Counted from the stretch's first letter, positions 8,344 to 18,205 are shown. The stretch: 64,000 bases of DNA from Planctomycetota bacterium (GCA_965223545.1 OZ245006.1:2464001-2528000), one strand, 5' to 3'. The notes: generated from the letters alone by a model not told the origin. Translations and numbers: made by a program.

Positions 8344-11300
8344 ATGCACACTTGGACCGACACGCTCAACGAGATTGCCCCCCGGTGGACCGAGACGGTG
8401 TGGCACGCCGGCTGGCAGGCCGCCTGCGTCGCGGCGGCGATCCTGATCCTGGTGCGCTGCTGCCCGCGCATGCCCTCGAGCTGGCGTTACGCGCTGCTGC
8501 TGTTGGCGCTGGCGAAGTTCGCCGTACCGCCGACACTGGCACTGCCGACCGGCGTGTTCAGCGCGGTCGGTTCGAGACTCGGCCACCCCGCCGCGCACGG
8601 CACGCCGGCCGAGGACCGTCCGCCGAGCGTCACCGCTCTTGTCGCCGCCGAGCGCGCCGCCGAGAGCGTGCGCCGCGCATCCACCGACACGGCCGCGCGC
8701 CCGCCAACCGCCGGCGCACCGGAAGCGGCTTCCGCGCCACGCTTGAGCTCGGCCGCGTGCCTGATGCTGATCCACTGGGCCGGCAGCGGCCTGCTGTTGG
8801 CATGGCTACTGTGCCAAGCGCGCGCCCTGCACCGGCTCACCGCGAAGGCAACGCCCGTCACCGGCGGCCCGATCGCCGCGGCGCTGCGCCGAGTGTGCGA
8901 AACCATGCAGCTGGCCAAGCCACCGCGGCTGTTGCTCAGCGACCGGCCGGTCGGCCCCGCCGCGTGTGGAGTGCTGCGCCGCTCGATCCTGATGCCGCCC
9001 AGCGCGCTGCTGCTGTCGCGCATCGAGCTGGAGACCGTGTTGGCCCACGAGGTCGCCCACCATCGCCGCGGCGACCTGCTCGCTCAGCGCCTGCAGCAGC
9101 TTGTACTGGGCACGTGGTGGTTCCACCCGCTGCTGTGGCCACTCGCCCGGGCGATCCGCAGCGCGCAGGAGGACTGCTGCGACGACGCCGTGCTGGCGCG
9201 CGGCATCACGACCAACCAGCGCTACTGCCACACGCTGCTGCGCGCGGCGGCGCTGCTGGCCGCTTCGCGCAGTGTTCCCGCGGCGGCGCACATCCTGCGC
9301 CACCGCTTGGGCACACGGCTGCGGCGCATCATGAGCCAGGGACGGCGGCCGCTCGACGCCCGGTCCTTTTCGTGGCAACGGCGCGCGGCCATCTGTGCTT
9401 GGGCGGTCGCCGCGAGCCTGGCGCTCCCCGGCCTCTCGACCCACGACCGCCAAGATCCTCGCCCACACCAGACGCGCACCGTGCGAGGCCGCGTCATCGA
9501 CGAGACCGGCGGCGGAGTCGGCGACGCCACCCTGTTCCTCGCCATCGCCGGCCGCACTCATGACATCACTGAATGGCGCGCGATCGGCTCGACCGACTCC
9601 GACGGGCGCTTCTCCGCCGCAGTCGGCGCGACCGACTTCGACGCCATGCGGCGGCGCTACCGCGTGCTGGTTGCCATCGCCAAGAGCCACGGGCCCGGCT
9701 GGGTGCAGGTCGAGGACGAGCTCGACCGCGCACTGCAGATCCGCTTGCCGGCGCCGACCTCCGCCGAGGGGGTCGTGCTCGACCTGGAGGGCCAGCCGGT
9801 CGCCGGCGCACACATCACCCCCTTGCTTTGCTACGCACCCAAGAGCGGAACGCTGAGCGAGTGGCTTGCCGCGGTGGACGCCGTATCCCCCGCCGCGGCG
9901 ATGGACTACATGGGCAAGCCGGTGAACCTCAACCAACCCGGTCACTGGCCGGCGGCGGTGACCGACGCGCAGGGCCGCTTCATCCTGCGTGGTCTGGGCC
10001 GCGACCAGCTGATACACGCGACGATCGCCGGCGACGGCATTGCCACCGATGAGATCGGGTTCGTGACCCGCGACGTCGAGGCATTCGAGAGCCACCACTA
10101 CGGCGGTGTTCTCCTGCGCGGCGGCTACCTCGAGCCGCGGTCGTACTACGGTCGCCGCATCACTCACATCGCGACGGCCGAGCGACCCGTCACCGGGGTC
10201 GTCCGGGACGCGAACACGGGCGCGCCGATCGCAGGCCTCACACTCGAAGCGGCGTTCGGCGTCAACGCCACCGGCCGCGGTGCACGCCACGTCCGCGCGG
10301 TGACGGATGCCGATGGACGCTACGAGCTGCGTGGCCTGCGCAAGGCCGACGACGGCCGCGTCTGCGTGCGGGAGTCGCTCGCGCTCGGCTACGCCGGCAC
10401 CGACCGCGCCCTGCCGAACCCACCGGGCCTCGACCCATTGATCCAGGACTTCGAGGTGCACCCGGCGGTCCGGCTGCGCGTCCGCATCATCGAGCAGGGC
10501 ACCGGCACGCCTACCGAGGCGGACGTCGTCTACTCCCCAGCCCGGGACAACCCCAACCTCCGCACTCGCGGCATTCGAAGTGTTCACACGAACCCCTCGG
10601 CCCTGCATGAGCTGCTGGCTCTACCGGGTGAGGGCGCCGTCGCCGTCTTCGCCGGGCCGGAGTATCTGACCCTCGCGGAGCGCGAGGGCGCGAGCATCGA
10701 CGAAGGCGCTTCCATCGTGCGCTTCCGTGACTACGCCACGCACGCCTACGCGGTGATCGAACCTACCGTGGGCACCTCAGAGCTCGAGCTCACATTCGAG
10801 CTCGTGCGTGGCCGGGACTACTCTCTCCAACTCTTCGACGAAAACGGGGCGGCTACCGCAGCGACGCAGCTGTTCAGCGCGCGGCACTTCGGAGGCTGGA
10901 GCCCGGCACCCCAGGAGGGCACGGCGACTCTGGCCGGGTTCAATCCACGCCGCCCGCGTACCGTGTACGCCATCGACGAAGCGCGCAATCTCGCCGGCCA
11001 CCTGACGGTCGACGACGCCAGCGCGCCGCTCCGTCTATCACTGGGCCCCGCCGGCACGATCACCGGAGTTCTGCAGGACGAGGACGGTCTGCCGCGCGGC
11101 GGGGCCTCGCTGCGCGTGACCTTCGTGCCACACGGCCGCACAGAACACCACAACACCCACGACGCATACCCACGCACCGGCGCTGACGGCTCGTTCCGCA
11201 TCGCGCCCGTGATTCCTGGCGCAGCCTATCGCATCGAAGTGCAGGTCGGTGAGGCAGACAGTGAGTACACCATGGTGCGCCGGGAGATCGTCGTCGATAC

Positions 11301-11349
11301 CGGAGAGCAACTCGACCTCGGCACGGTGCGGGCGGAGCAGTCGCCGTGA
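8344..11349 (+). CDS. BlaR1/MecR1-type M56 metallopeptidase fused to carboxypeptidase-regulatory-like beta-sandwich repeats
   Basis: N-terminal TM segments; LAHEVAHHRRGD (HExxH), WWFHPLLW, EDCCDD; repeated G-x-V-x-D...TDxxGRF units in the C-terminal part. Confidence 0.88.
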   Translation: MHTWTDTLNEIAPRWTETVWHAGWQAACVAAAILILVRCCPRMPSSWRYALLLLALAKFAVPPTLALPTGVFSAVGSRLGHPAAHGTPAEDRPPSVTALVAAERAAESVRRASTDTAARPPTAGAPEAASAPRLSSAACLMLIHWAGSGLLLAWLLCQARALHRLTAKATPVTGGPIAAALRRVCETMQLAKPPRLLLSDRPVGPAACGVLRRSILMPPSALLLSRIELETVLAHEVAHHRRGDLLAQRLQQLVLGTWWFHPLLWPLARAIRSAQEDCCDDAVLARGITTNQRYCHTLLRAAALLAASRSVPAAAHILRHRLGTRLRRIMSQGRRPLDARSFSWQRRAAICAWAVAASLALPGLSTHDRQDPRPHQTRTVRGRVIDETGGGVGDATLFLAIAGRTHDITEWRAIGSTDSDGRFSAAVGATDFDAMRRRYRVLVAIAKSHGPGWVQVEDELDRALQIRLPAPTSAEGVVLDLEGQPVAGAHITPLLCYAPKSGTLSEWLAAVDAVSPAAAMDYMGKPVNLNQPGHWPAAVTDAQGRFILRGLGRDQLIHATIAGDGIATDEIGFVTRDVEAFESHHYGGVLLRGGYLEPRSYYGRRITHIATAERPVTGVVRDANTGAPIAGLTLEAAFGVNATGRGARHVRAVTDADGRYELRGLRKADDGRVCVRESLALGYAGTDRALPNPPGLDPLIQDFEVHPAVRLRVRIIEQGTGTPTEADVVYSPARDNPNLRTRGIRSVHTNPSALHELLALPGEGAVAVFAGPEYLTLAEREGASIDEGASIVRFRDYATHAYAVIEPTVGTSELELTFELVRGRDYSLQLFDENGAATAATQLFSARHFGGWSPAPQEGTATLAGFNPRRPRTVYAIDEARNLAGHLTVDDASAPLRLSLGPAGTITGVLQDEDGLPRGGASLRVTFVPHGRTEHHNTHDAYPRTGADGSFRIAPVIPGAAYRIEVQVGEADSEYTMVRREIVVDTGEQLDLGTVRAEQSP

Positions 11350-12683
11350 GCGCGCGCCGCTCGCCTTGGCGCCCCTACACCCCGAGCGCCGAGACTCCGT
11401 GGAACCTACGCCGCGTGGTGCACCTGCACCGCCGCGCCGCGTTCGGCGCGACCTGGCCGGAGCTGCAACGCGATCTGCGCGCCGGTCCACACGCCGCCGT
11501 CGGCCGTCTGCTGGCAGGGCCCGCCGACACCGACACCGACGCCATGGCCGACCAGCTGGCACGCGCGGCGGCGCAGAACCACGACGCGCTGCGGCTGCAG
11601 GCCAGCTGGGTGTTCCGCATGCTGCTCGGCAGCGACCCACTCGGCGAACGGCTGACGCTGATGTGGCACAACCACTTCGCCACCAGCCACCTCAAGGTCG
11701 GTCTGGCGGCGATGCAGCGCCAGAACGCGCTGCTGCGCGCGCACGCCCGCGCACCGTTCGGCCAATTGCTGCGGGCCGTCATGCGCGATTCCGCGCTCCT
11801 GATCTGGCTCGACGCTCCCCAGAACCGAGCCCGGCACCCCAACGAGAACCTGGCGCGGGAGCTGATGGAGCTGTTCACGCTCGGCGTCGGCCACTACACG
11901 GAGACCGACGTCAAGGAGGCGGCGCGCGCCCTCACCGGCTGGACGGTGATCGATGGAGGCTTCGCGCACCGACCGGACCGGCACGACGACGGCGAAAAGA
12001 CGATCCTCGGCGAGCGTGCGGCGTACGACGGCGACGCGCTCCTCACGCTCCTTCTCGACCAACCAGCGACCGCGCAACGGTTGGCGTGGCGACTGTGCGA
12101 CCAGTTTCTGGGGGAAGGCGTCGCGGAAATGGACGCCATTGGTGCGCTCGCCGACCAGCTGGCTGCCGATGATCTCCACATCGGCAATGCGGTCGCGACG
12201 GTGCTGCACTCGGAACGGTTCTTCTCGCGGGCCAACCTGGGCAGCCGCGTCTCCGATCCGGCGGCGCACGTCGTCGCCGCCCTGCGCGCGCTCGAGGCGC
12301 ACACCCCACCGCCACGCACGATCCTCGTCGCCGAGTGGGTTGCGCGGCTCGGGCAGCAGCTGTTCGCGCCCCCCAATGTCGGAGGCTGGCCAGGAGGCCG
12401 ATCCTGGCTGTCCAGTCGCACGCTGATTGCGCGGTGCAACTTCGCCCACGCACTGGTCACCGGCACCGTCACGGGACGCCCCCGCCAACCAGACCTCGAG
12501 ACCTTGGCACAGCGGCACGCGAACGAAGATCTCTCCGCGACTACCGCCTGGTTGAGCCAGCTGCTGCTGGGCGAGATGCCACCCGATCCGGTGCACGAGC
12601 GTCTCCATCTCTTGGCGCAACGAGACGGTGCCACCGCAGCGGCCGCGGCACTCTTGATGCTGCCCGCCTACCAGCTCGCTTGA
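11346..12683 (+). CDS. DUF1800 family protein
   Basis: HLHRRAAFG, ERLTLMWHNHFATS, PNENLARELMELFTLG, EAARALTGW, PPNVGGW; GTGA overlap with the M56 gene. Confidence 0.92.
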   Translation: MSARRSPWRPYTPSAETPWNLRRVVHLHRRAAFGATWPELQRDLRAGPHAAVGRLLAGPADTDTDAMADQLARAAAQNHDALRLQASWVFRMLLGSDPLGERLTLMWHNHFATSHLKVGLAAMQRQNALLRAHARAPFGQLLRAVMRDSALLIWLDAPQNRARHPNENLARELMELFTLGVGHYTETDVKEAARALTGWTVIDGGFAHRPDRHDDGEKTILGERAAYDGDALLTLLLDQPATAQRLAWRLCDQFLGEGVAEMDAIGALADQLAADDLHIGNAVATVLHSERFFSRANLGSRVSDPAAHVVAALRALEAHTPPPRTILVAEWVARLGQQLFAPPNVGGWPGGRSWLSSRTLIARCNFAHALVTGTVTGRPRQPDLETLAQRHANEDLSATTAWLSQLLLGEMPPDPVHERLHLLAQRDGATAAAAALLMLPAYQLA

Positions 12684-12716
12684 ATCCGTCGACTACCATT
12701 CCACCCGAACTACATC

Positions 12717-13910
12717 ATGTCCTTCGACCGACGCAGGTTTCTCGCCGGTAGTGTTGCGTGTGCCGGATCGGCCGCGGCGCTGCGGGCCACGCGCGGGTGG
12801 CTGCCCACGCCAACCGATGCCGGCGACCGAGTCCTCGTCGTCGTCCAGCTCGGCGGCGGCAACGACGGCATCAACACCGTGGTGCCATTTGCCGACGACG
12901 GCTACGGCCGCAACCGCGACGCGCTGCGGCTGCCGCGCAAGGAGCTCCTGCACCTCGACGACCACGTCGGCCTGCATCCCGCGCTGCAGCCGCTGATGCG
13001 GCCGCTCGAGGACGGGCGGCTCTGCATCGTGCAGGGAGTCGGGTATGCACGACCCGATCGCTCCCACTTTCGCAGCATGGCGATCTGGCACTCCGGTCGG
13101 CGTGACCCGAGCGCGCACGATGGCCTCGGATGGCTGGGGCGCGCCCTCGACCGCGCACCACGGCGCCCCACCGGCGACCCGGCCGCGCTGTTCATCGGCA
13201 CTGGCGCACCTCCGGTCGCCGTGCGCGGTGCCCGCGCCGCGGCGGCCTCGCTCGAGTCGCTGGACGACTTCGCCCTGACCACCGGTGCGGACCCGCGCGC
13301 GGCTCTCGCCGCTCTCCGAGCGGACACCGACCTGATCGGCTTCGTGCAGCGCAGCTTGATCGACGCCTGCCAGACCGCGGATCGCATCGCCGCCCTGCGC
13401 GCGCACATGCGCAACGGCGCCCGCTATCCGCGCAGCGGCCTCGGCCAGCGGCTGGGCCAGATCGCCCAGCTGCTCGAATGCGGCCATGGCGCCCGGGTCT
13501 ACTACACCGAGCAGACGGGCTACGACATGCATGCGGGCCAGCTGCCGCGGCACAGCGCACTGCTCAGCGAGCTCGCCGAGGCACTGACCGCGTTCATCGA
13601 CGACCTCGCCGCCGCCGGCCTCGACCAGCGCGTCCTGGTCTTGGTCTTCAGCGAGTTCGGCCGCACGCTCCGGGAGAACGCTTCGACCGGAACGGACCAC
13701 GGCACCGCCGGGCCGGTGTTGGTCTTGGCACCACGCGTCGCCACTCCGCTGTTCGGCCGCGCACCCGACCTCATCGACCTCGAGGACGGCGAGCCGAAGG
13801 CGTCGATCGACTTCCGCCGGATCTACGCGAGCGTGCTCGGCGACTGGCTCGGGATCGAGCCCGGCACCGTCGTCGGCCCCGCGTTCGCCCCCCTGCCGCT
13901 GCTCGGCTGA
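12717..13910 (+). CDS. DUF1501 family protein, Tat-exported (DUF1800 partner)
   Basis: DRRRFL twin-arginine signal; LVVVQLGGGNDGINT, RSHFRS, YDMHAGQ, FSEFGR, GTDHG. Confidence 0.92.
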   Translation: MSFDRRRFLAGSVACAGSAAALRATRGWLPTPTDAGDRVLVVVQLGGGNDGINTVVPFADDGYGRNRDALRLPRKELLHLDDHVGLHPALQPLMRPLEDGRLCIVQGVGYARPDRSHFRSMAIWHSGRRDPSAHDGLGWLGRALDRAPRRPTGDPAALFIGTGAPPVAVRGARAAAASLESLDDFALTTGADPRAALAALRADTDLIGFVQRSLIDACQTADRIAALRAHMRNGARYPRSGLGQRLGQIAQLLECGHGARVYYTEQTGYDMHAGQLPRHSALLSELAEALTAFIDDLAAAGLDQRVLVLVFSEFGRTLRENASTGTDHGTAGPVLVLAPRVATPLFGRAPDLIDLEDGEPKASIDFRRIYASVLGDWLGIEPGTVVGPAFAPLPLLG

Positions 13911-13927
13911 GCAACGACCGGGCTGTC

Positions 13928-15295
13928 TCAGGCGCAAAGTCGGCGCAGCGCTTCGACCATCACCTCGGTCGCCACGGCGACGTGCCGAGCGTCTGCGTAT
14001 TCCTCTTTGCTGTGGCTGATTCCACCACGGCACGGCACGAAGAGCATCGACACGGGAATCTTGGCGCCGGTGGACTTTTCTGCCATTCCAACCATCACCG
14101 CATCGTGACCGGCGCCGCTGGGCAAGGGCATGTGCTTGGCACCGATCCGGTCGGCACTCTCGGTCAACTCGAGCGTCAGCTTCTTGTCGAGCATGGCGAG
14201 CCCCGGCGAAGCATCGGTCTGCTCGATGAACGCCTTGACGTTGAACTCACGCGTCGTCGACCAAATCACGCGATGAACCTCGGCGGCGTACGTATCGAGA
14301 AACTCGTCGTCGTGGCTCATCAGGTCCAGGGTGAAGTAGCCCATCCCGCTGACCTTGGTCACGGAGTTGCCGTGAACCGTGGGATAGCGTCGATCGATCT
14401 CCGGGTCGGCATTGACGATGCCCACCGTTTGCGTGAACACCCGCCCATCAGAGAGGTGTTTGCGGGCGAGCTCGTCGAGCCGCACTTGCACGTACGCCAT
14501 CGCCAGGTTGGCATCCCCCCGGAATCTGGCGCCCATCGGGGTAGCGCCGGAGTGGTCGAAACGGCCCTCCAGAACCACGAGAAAACGTCGGTCGCCCGCG
14601 ATGCTGGTCACGATGCCGACGTCGGCGCGTTCGCGTTCCAGCGTGACTCCCTGCTCGATATGAAGCTCGATGTACCCGGTGATGTTGTCGATGTACTCCG
14701 CATCGAGACTCGTCCGGCCCTCGTCGATGTACGACGGGTCGAAGCCCTGCGAGCGGATCGCGTCGCGAAGCGACGTGTCGCCGTAGATGTTGTGAAGGAT
14801 CTGTGGTGACGACAGACCGAAGGCTGCGGCGCTGCCCTTGTAGACGGCGTTGTACGTGTACTCCTCGCCGCGCCACGCCACGACGTCGACGCCACACGAG
14901 CCCGTGCCCCCCGTTTCGGTGAGAACGCGCGCCGTCTCGAGGCCGGCGATCACTCCGGCCGCGCCGTCGAAGTTGCCGCCGTGCGGCACGGAGTCGAGGT
15001 GCGAGCCGATCATGAACCGCTGCTTCGCCCCCTCGGGCGTAGACAGGATCAGGTTGCCGACACCGTCGTAGTGCCCGATGAGCCCGTGCGCCTCACCAGC
15101 GGCGCGCACGTACGCCATCGCCGCCGACTCCTCGTCGCTGTACGCCAGGCGCGTGATCGAGCCGTCGGCCTCGATCCCGATCGTGCCGAGCTTGGCGAAG
15201 TGCTGCTCGATCCAGCGTTGCAGCTCGTCGTTGGCTCCATCGCCCTTGGTCGGCGACGGAACTGGTGCAGAACCATGCTTCGGATGCGGACTCAT
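13928..15295 (-). CDS. M20 family Zn-dependent amidohydrolase (N-carbamoyl-L-amino acid hydrolase / allantoate amidohydrolase-like)
   Basis: GSHLDSVPHGGNFDGAAGV, GEE, YIELHIEQG, HSGATPM, SGAGHDA, GISHSKEE. Start uncertain (15295 or 15334). Confidence 0.9.
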   Translation of the reverse strand: MSPHPKHGSAPVPSPTKGDGANDELQRWIEQHFAKLGTIGIEADGSITRLAYSDEESAAMAYVRAAGEAHGLIGHYDGVGNLILSTPEGAKQRFMIGSHLDSVPHGGNFDGAAGVIAGLETARVLTETGGTGSCGVDVVAWRGEEYTYNAVYKGSAAAFGLSSPQILHNIYGDTSLRDAIRSQGFDPSYIDEGRTSLDAEYIDNITGYIELHIEQGVTLERERADVGIVTSIAGDRRFLVVLEGRFDHSGATPMGARFRGDANLAMAYVQVRLDELARKHLSDGRVFTQTVGIVNADPEIDRRYPTVHGNSVTKVSGMGYFTLDLMSHDDEFLDTYAAEVHRVIWSTTREFNVKAFIEQTDASPGLAMLDKKLTLELTESADRIGAKHMPLPSGAGHDAVMVGMAEKSTGAKIPVSMLFVPCRGGISHSKEEYADARHVAVATEVMVEALRRLCA

Positions 15296-15345
15296 GCAGT
15301 GACCAAACTGGCCCGGCCGGGCAACCGTTTCCAATCACGAACCGA

Positions 15346-15606
15346 TCAAGTCGCGGCGGCATCGCGCAACGCGCGCACTCGCTCGACGACGTCGTCCGGG
15401 TCCGGCCACCCACCGCCCAGGAACCGCTGCATCAGGCCCTTGCCACGCTGGGCGACAACTTGGCCGTCGACCACGACATCGAACTGGCCGAGCGACCCGG
15501 GCTCGGTCTCGACTTCGACTCCCAGGCGGTCGCGCAGGTGCGCGGCGAGACTCGCCGCGCGGGGTCCATAGCCTCAAGCGGTGCAGTGCAGGATCTTGAT
15601 GTCCAT
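15346..15606 (-). CDS. SelW/SelT/SelH (Rdx family) selenoprotein, 86 aa, with a CxxU motif and in-frame UGA at 15576-15574
   Basis: Manual translation: MDIKILHCTA-U-GYGPRAASLAAHLRDRLGVEVETEPGSLGQFDVVVDGQVVAQRGKGLMQRFLGGGWPDPDDVVERVRALRDAAAT*. Matches the Rdx pattern CxxU/C-GYxPRAA...GxFDVxVDG...G(W/F)P. Absent from the supplied ORF track because of the UGA. Confidence 0.88.
15540..15560 (-). promoter_or_regulatory. Candidate bacterial SECIS hairpin
   Basis: GCGCGGCGA-GUC-UCGCCGCGC (9-bp stem); the loop starts with G, separated from the UGA by 22 nt. Confidence 0.7.
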
Positions 15607-15679
15607 CGCCGCATGAAACGCGATCTTCCGCGCGAAGACAAGCCGCGCAGAACAGACCCGAGCCAGGCTAGGCCGAGCC

Positions 15680-16753
15680 CTAGCGCCCGAGCAAGTGGCA
15701 GGCCGAAGTCTTGATCACCGTGTAGACCGCGGCGCCGGGGGCGAGGCCGAGCTCGGTGACCGCCGACGGCGTCAGCCGCGCGAGCAGCTCCGCCGGACCG
15801 ACGCCGACGCGCACCAGCCGCTCGTGGCCGACGGGATCGATGGCCCGCACCACGCCGCGCAACACGTTGCGTGCCGAGATCGCGGCCGGCCGCTCCAAGC
15901 TCAAGATCACCTCGTCCGCATAGATGCCGAGGTCGAGCGCGGTACCGATCGGGACGTCGCACCAGGGCACCGCGAGGTCTTGCTCGCCGATCCCCACCAA
16001 GCTGACGCCCCCCGAGGGCTCGTGACCTCGCACGTCGAGTCGCAGCAGGTTGTCGACACCGACCAGATTGGCCACGCCGATGGCGGCCGGGCGCGACAGC
16101 ACTTCGAGCGGGCGTCCATTGGCGACGACGCGGCCCTCGTCCAACACGACGCAGTCGTCGGCCAACGCCAACAACTCGTCTGCCTTGTGGGTGACGAACA
16201 GCATCGGTGTGCGCAGCTGTCGCTTGACCTCGCGCAGCAACGCCAGCACGTCGCGGCCGAGCTCGGCGTCGAGGGACGCGGTCGGCTCGTCCAACAGCAA
16301 GAGGTCGGGGGCCGCCAGCAGTGCCCTGCCGAGAGCGACGCGCTGCGCCTCGCCGGTCGAGAGCGTCCTCGGAGCGCGGTCCAAGAGTGGCACCAGCCGC
16401 AACACCTCACAGACACGCCGGCCGGTGTCGGACTCCAACGCCCCGCGCGCCACCGGAGCAAAGGTCAGGTTGCGGCGCGTCGAGCGGTGCGGAAACAACA
16501 GCGCCCGCTGCGGCACCAACGCGGTGCGCCGCTTCTCCGGCGGCAGCCAGACCGAGCCGGGCCGCGCGGCCAACAGTCGTTCGCCGAGCTGGATGCGCGC
16601 GCGTCGCGGCGACAGCAAGCCGGCAACCGCGCGCAGCAGCGTGGTCTTGCCCGAGCCCGAGCGGCCGAATACCCCCAACACCGGTCCGGCGGAACGCACG
16701 GCGACGTCGAGGGTGAACGAGGCGTAACTGTGCTGGATGACGAGGTCGAGCAT
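15680..16753 (-). CDS. modC: Molybdate ABC transporter ATP-binding protein
   Basis: Walker A GRSGSGKT, degenerate signature LSTGEAQR, Walker B LLLLDEP, FVTH; C-terminal TOBE domain (ISARNVLRG, ARLT...LGL). Confidence 0.92.
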   Translation of the reverse strand: MLDLVIQHSYASFTLDVAVRSAGPVLGVFGRSGSGKTTLLRAVAGLLSPRRARIQLGERLLAARPGSVWLPPEKRRTALVPQRALLFPHRSTRRNLTFAPVARGALESDTGRRVCEVLRLVPLLDRAPRTLSTGEAQRVALGRALLAAPDLLLLDEPTASLDAELGRDVLALLREVKRQLRTPMLFVTHKADELLALADDCVVLDEGRVVANGRPLEVLSRPAAIGVANLVGVDNLLRLDVRGHEPSGGVSLVGIGEQDLAVPWCDVPIGTALDLGIYADEVILSLERPAAISARNVLRGVVRAIDPVGHERLVRVGVGPAELLARLTPSAVTELGLAPGAAVYTVIKTSACHLLGR

Positions 16754-17433
16754 CAGATCACCCCCGACCGGGCGCGTCGATTCCACCACGTGGCGACCAA
16801 CAGCGCAGCCAACGCCAACGCGACGCTTGCGGCCACCAAGCGCAGCACCGCAGCATCGCCCCGCGGCGTGTTCTGCAGAACATAGACCGCGACCGGAATC
16901 GTCCGCGTCTCGCCGGGAATGTCACCGGCCAACACGATCGTCGCCCCGAACTCACCGAGCGCCCGGGCAAAGCACAGCACCCCACCGGCGGCGACACCGG
17001 GCCACGCCAGGGGCAACGTGACGGTGGCGAAGGTCGACCAACGCCCCCGCCCCAGCGACCGCGACACGTGCTCGAGCTCGGGGTCGACGCCGAGAATCGC
17101 CAGACGAGTGCTCTCGACGAACAGCGGAAAGCCGACTACGGCCGCCGCGATCACGCAGGCCGAAGTCGTGAACGAGAGGTGGCCGCCGGTGAGGGCGTGC
17201 CACGCCGCGCCCAACGCGCTGCCACGACCGAGGGTGTGCAGCAGCACGTAGCCGGTCACGACCGGAGGCAACACCAACGGCAACAGCACCACGCCGTGCA
17301 CGACGCCGCGCCAACGCGACTGCCAGCGCGCGAGCAGCCATGCCACGCCGACCGCCGGCACCAGCGACAGCAGGACGCAGGCGACGGCAACGCGGACGGA
17401 GAGCAACAGGATGGAGAGCTCGGCTTCGCTCAT
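16753..17433 (-). CDS. modB: Molybdate ABC transporter permease
   Basis: LPLVLPPVVTGY, FARALGEFGAT, IPGETRTIP; its stop overlaps the modC start (TGATG). Confidence 0.93.
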   Translation of the reverse strand: MSEAELSILLLSVRVAVACVLLSLVPAVGVAWLLARWQSRWRGVVHGVVLLPLVLPPVVTGYVLLHTLGRGSALGAAWHALTGGHLSFTTSACVIAAAVVGFPLFVESTRLAILGVDPELEHVSRSLGRGRWSTFATVTLPLAWPGVAAGGVLCFARALGEFGATIVLAGDIPGETRTIPVAVYVLQNTPRGDAAVLRLVAASVALALAALLVATWWNRRARSGVI

Positions 17434-17473
17434 CGTTGCGGCAACGGGGGGGCGGTCAGGGTAGAGGATCGCG

Positions 17474-18205
17474 CTACGGCAGGGCGAAGCCGAACTCGGC
17501 GAGCACTTCGCGCGCCGGCGGCCCCGTCAGGGCATCAACCACGGCGGCCGCGGCGGGCGCGGAGCCAGCGAGCGGGACCGCCCACAGCGCGACGTCCGCC
17601 GTGTCCGGCATCACCAGCTCGAACAACTCCGCGACGCCGCCACTCCGCAGCTCACTGCGATAGACGAAGCCGGCATCGACGTGCGCGTCGCGCACCGCCA
17701 CCGCCACGGCCCGCACGTCGCGCAGCCCCACCATCCGCGGCGCCAACCGCTGCAGCTGGCCCGCCGCCCCCAGCGCGGCCCGCGCGTAGTCCCCGACCGG
17801 CACGCCTTCGTCGCCGACGCCGACCAGCGCGCCCTTGCCGAGGGCATCGGCCAACGCCGCCGGCCCGGAGATCCCGGCATCCGCGAGCGGCGAACGGGGT
17901 CGTGCGATGCACACCACCGTGTTGCGGGCGATCCGCGCAGGCTCGCCGCCGAGGCAGTCGGCGGCGCGCAGCCACTCGAGCCACGCGCGGTCGGCGGAGA
18001 CGAACACGTCCGCCGGCGCACCGGCGCGAATTTGCCGCGCCAACACACTGGAAGGCCCACCGCTGAGACGCAGCGGGGTGCCGGTGCGCTCCGCCCAAGC
18101 CGCGACGGCATCGTGCACACTCGCGGCGGCAAATACGCGCACTCCATCGGGCGCCGGCCTACAGCCGGCAGACGCGAGGAGCAGACAGAGCGCGGCGGCA
18201 CGCAT
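17474..18205 (-). CDS. modA: Molybdate ABC transporter substrate-binding lipoprotein
   Basis: Lipobox-like LLLASAGC; VFAAASV, SSVLARQIRAGAPADVFVSAD, VPVGDYA, DAGFVYRS. Confidence 0.9.
   Translation of the reverse strand: MRAAALCLLLASAGCRPAPDGVRVFAAASVHDAVAAWAERTGTPLRLSGGPSSVLARQIRAGAPADVFVSADRAWLEWLRAADCLGGEPARIARNTVVCIARPRSPLADAGISGPAALADALGKGALVGVGDEGVPVGDYARAALGAAGQLQRLAPRMVGLRDVRAVAVAVRDAHVDAGFVYRSELRSGGVAELFELVMPDTADVALWAVPLAGSAPAAAAVVDALTGPPAREVLAEFGFALP

Noticed and set aside
15335..15577. Supplied 80-aa ORF (MRLWTPRG...) in the modC-M20 gap
   Set aside because: Wrong frame and Arg-rich shadow composition; the UGA-containing frame 15606-15346 gives a recognisable Rdx protein.
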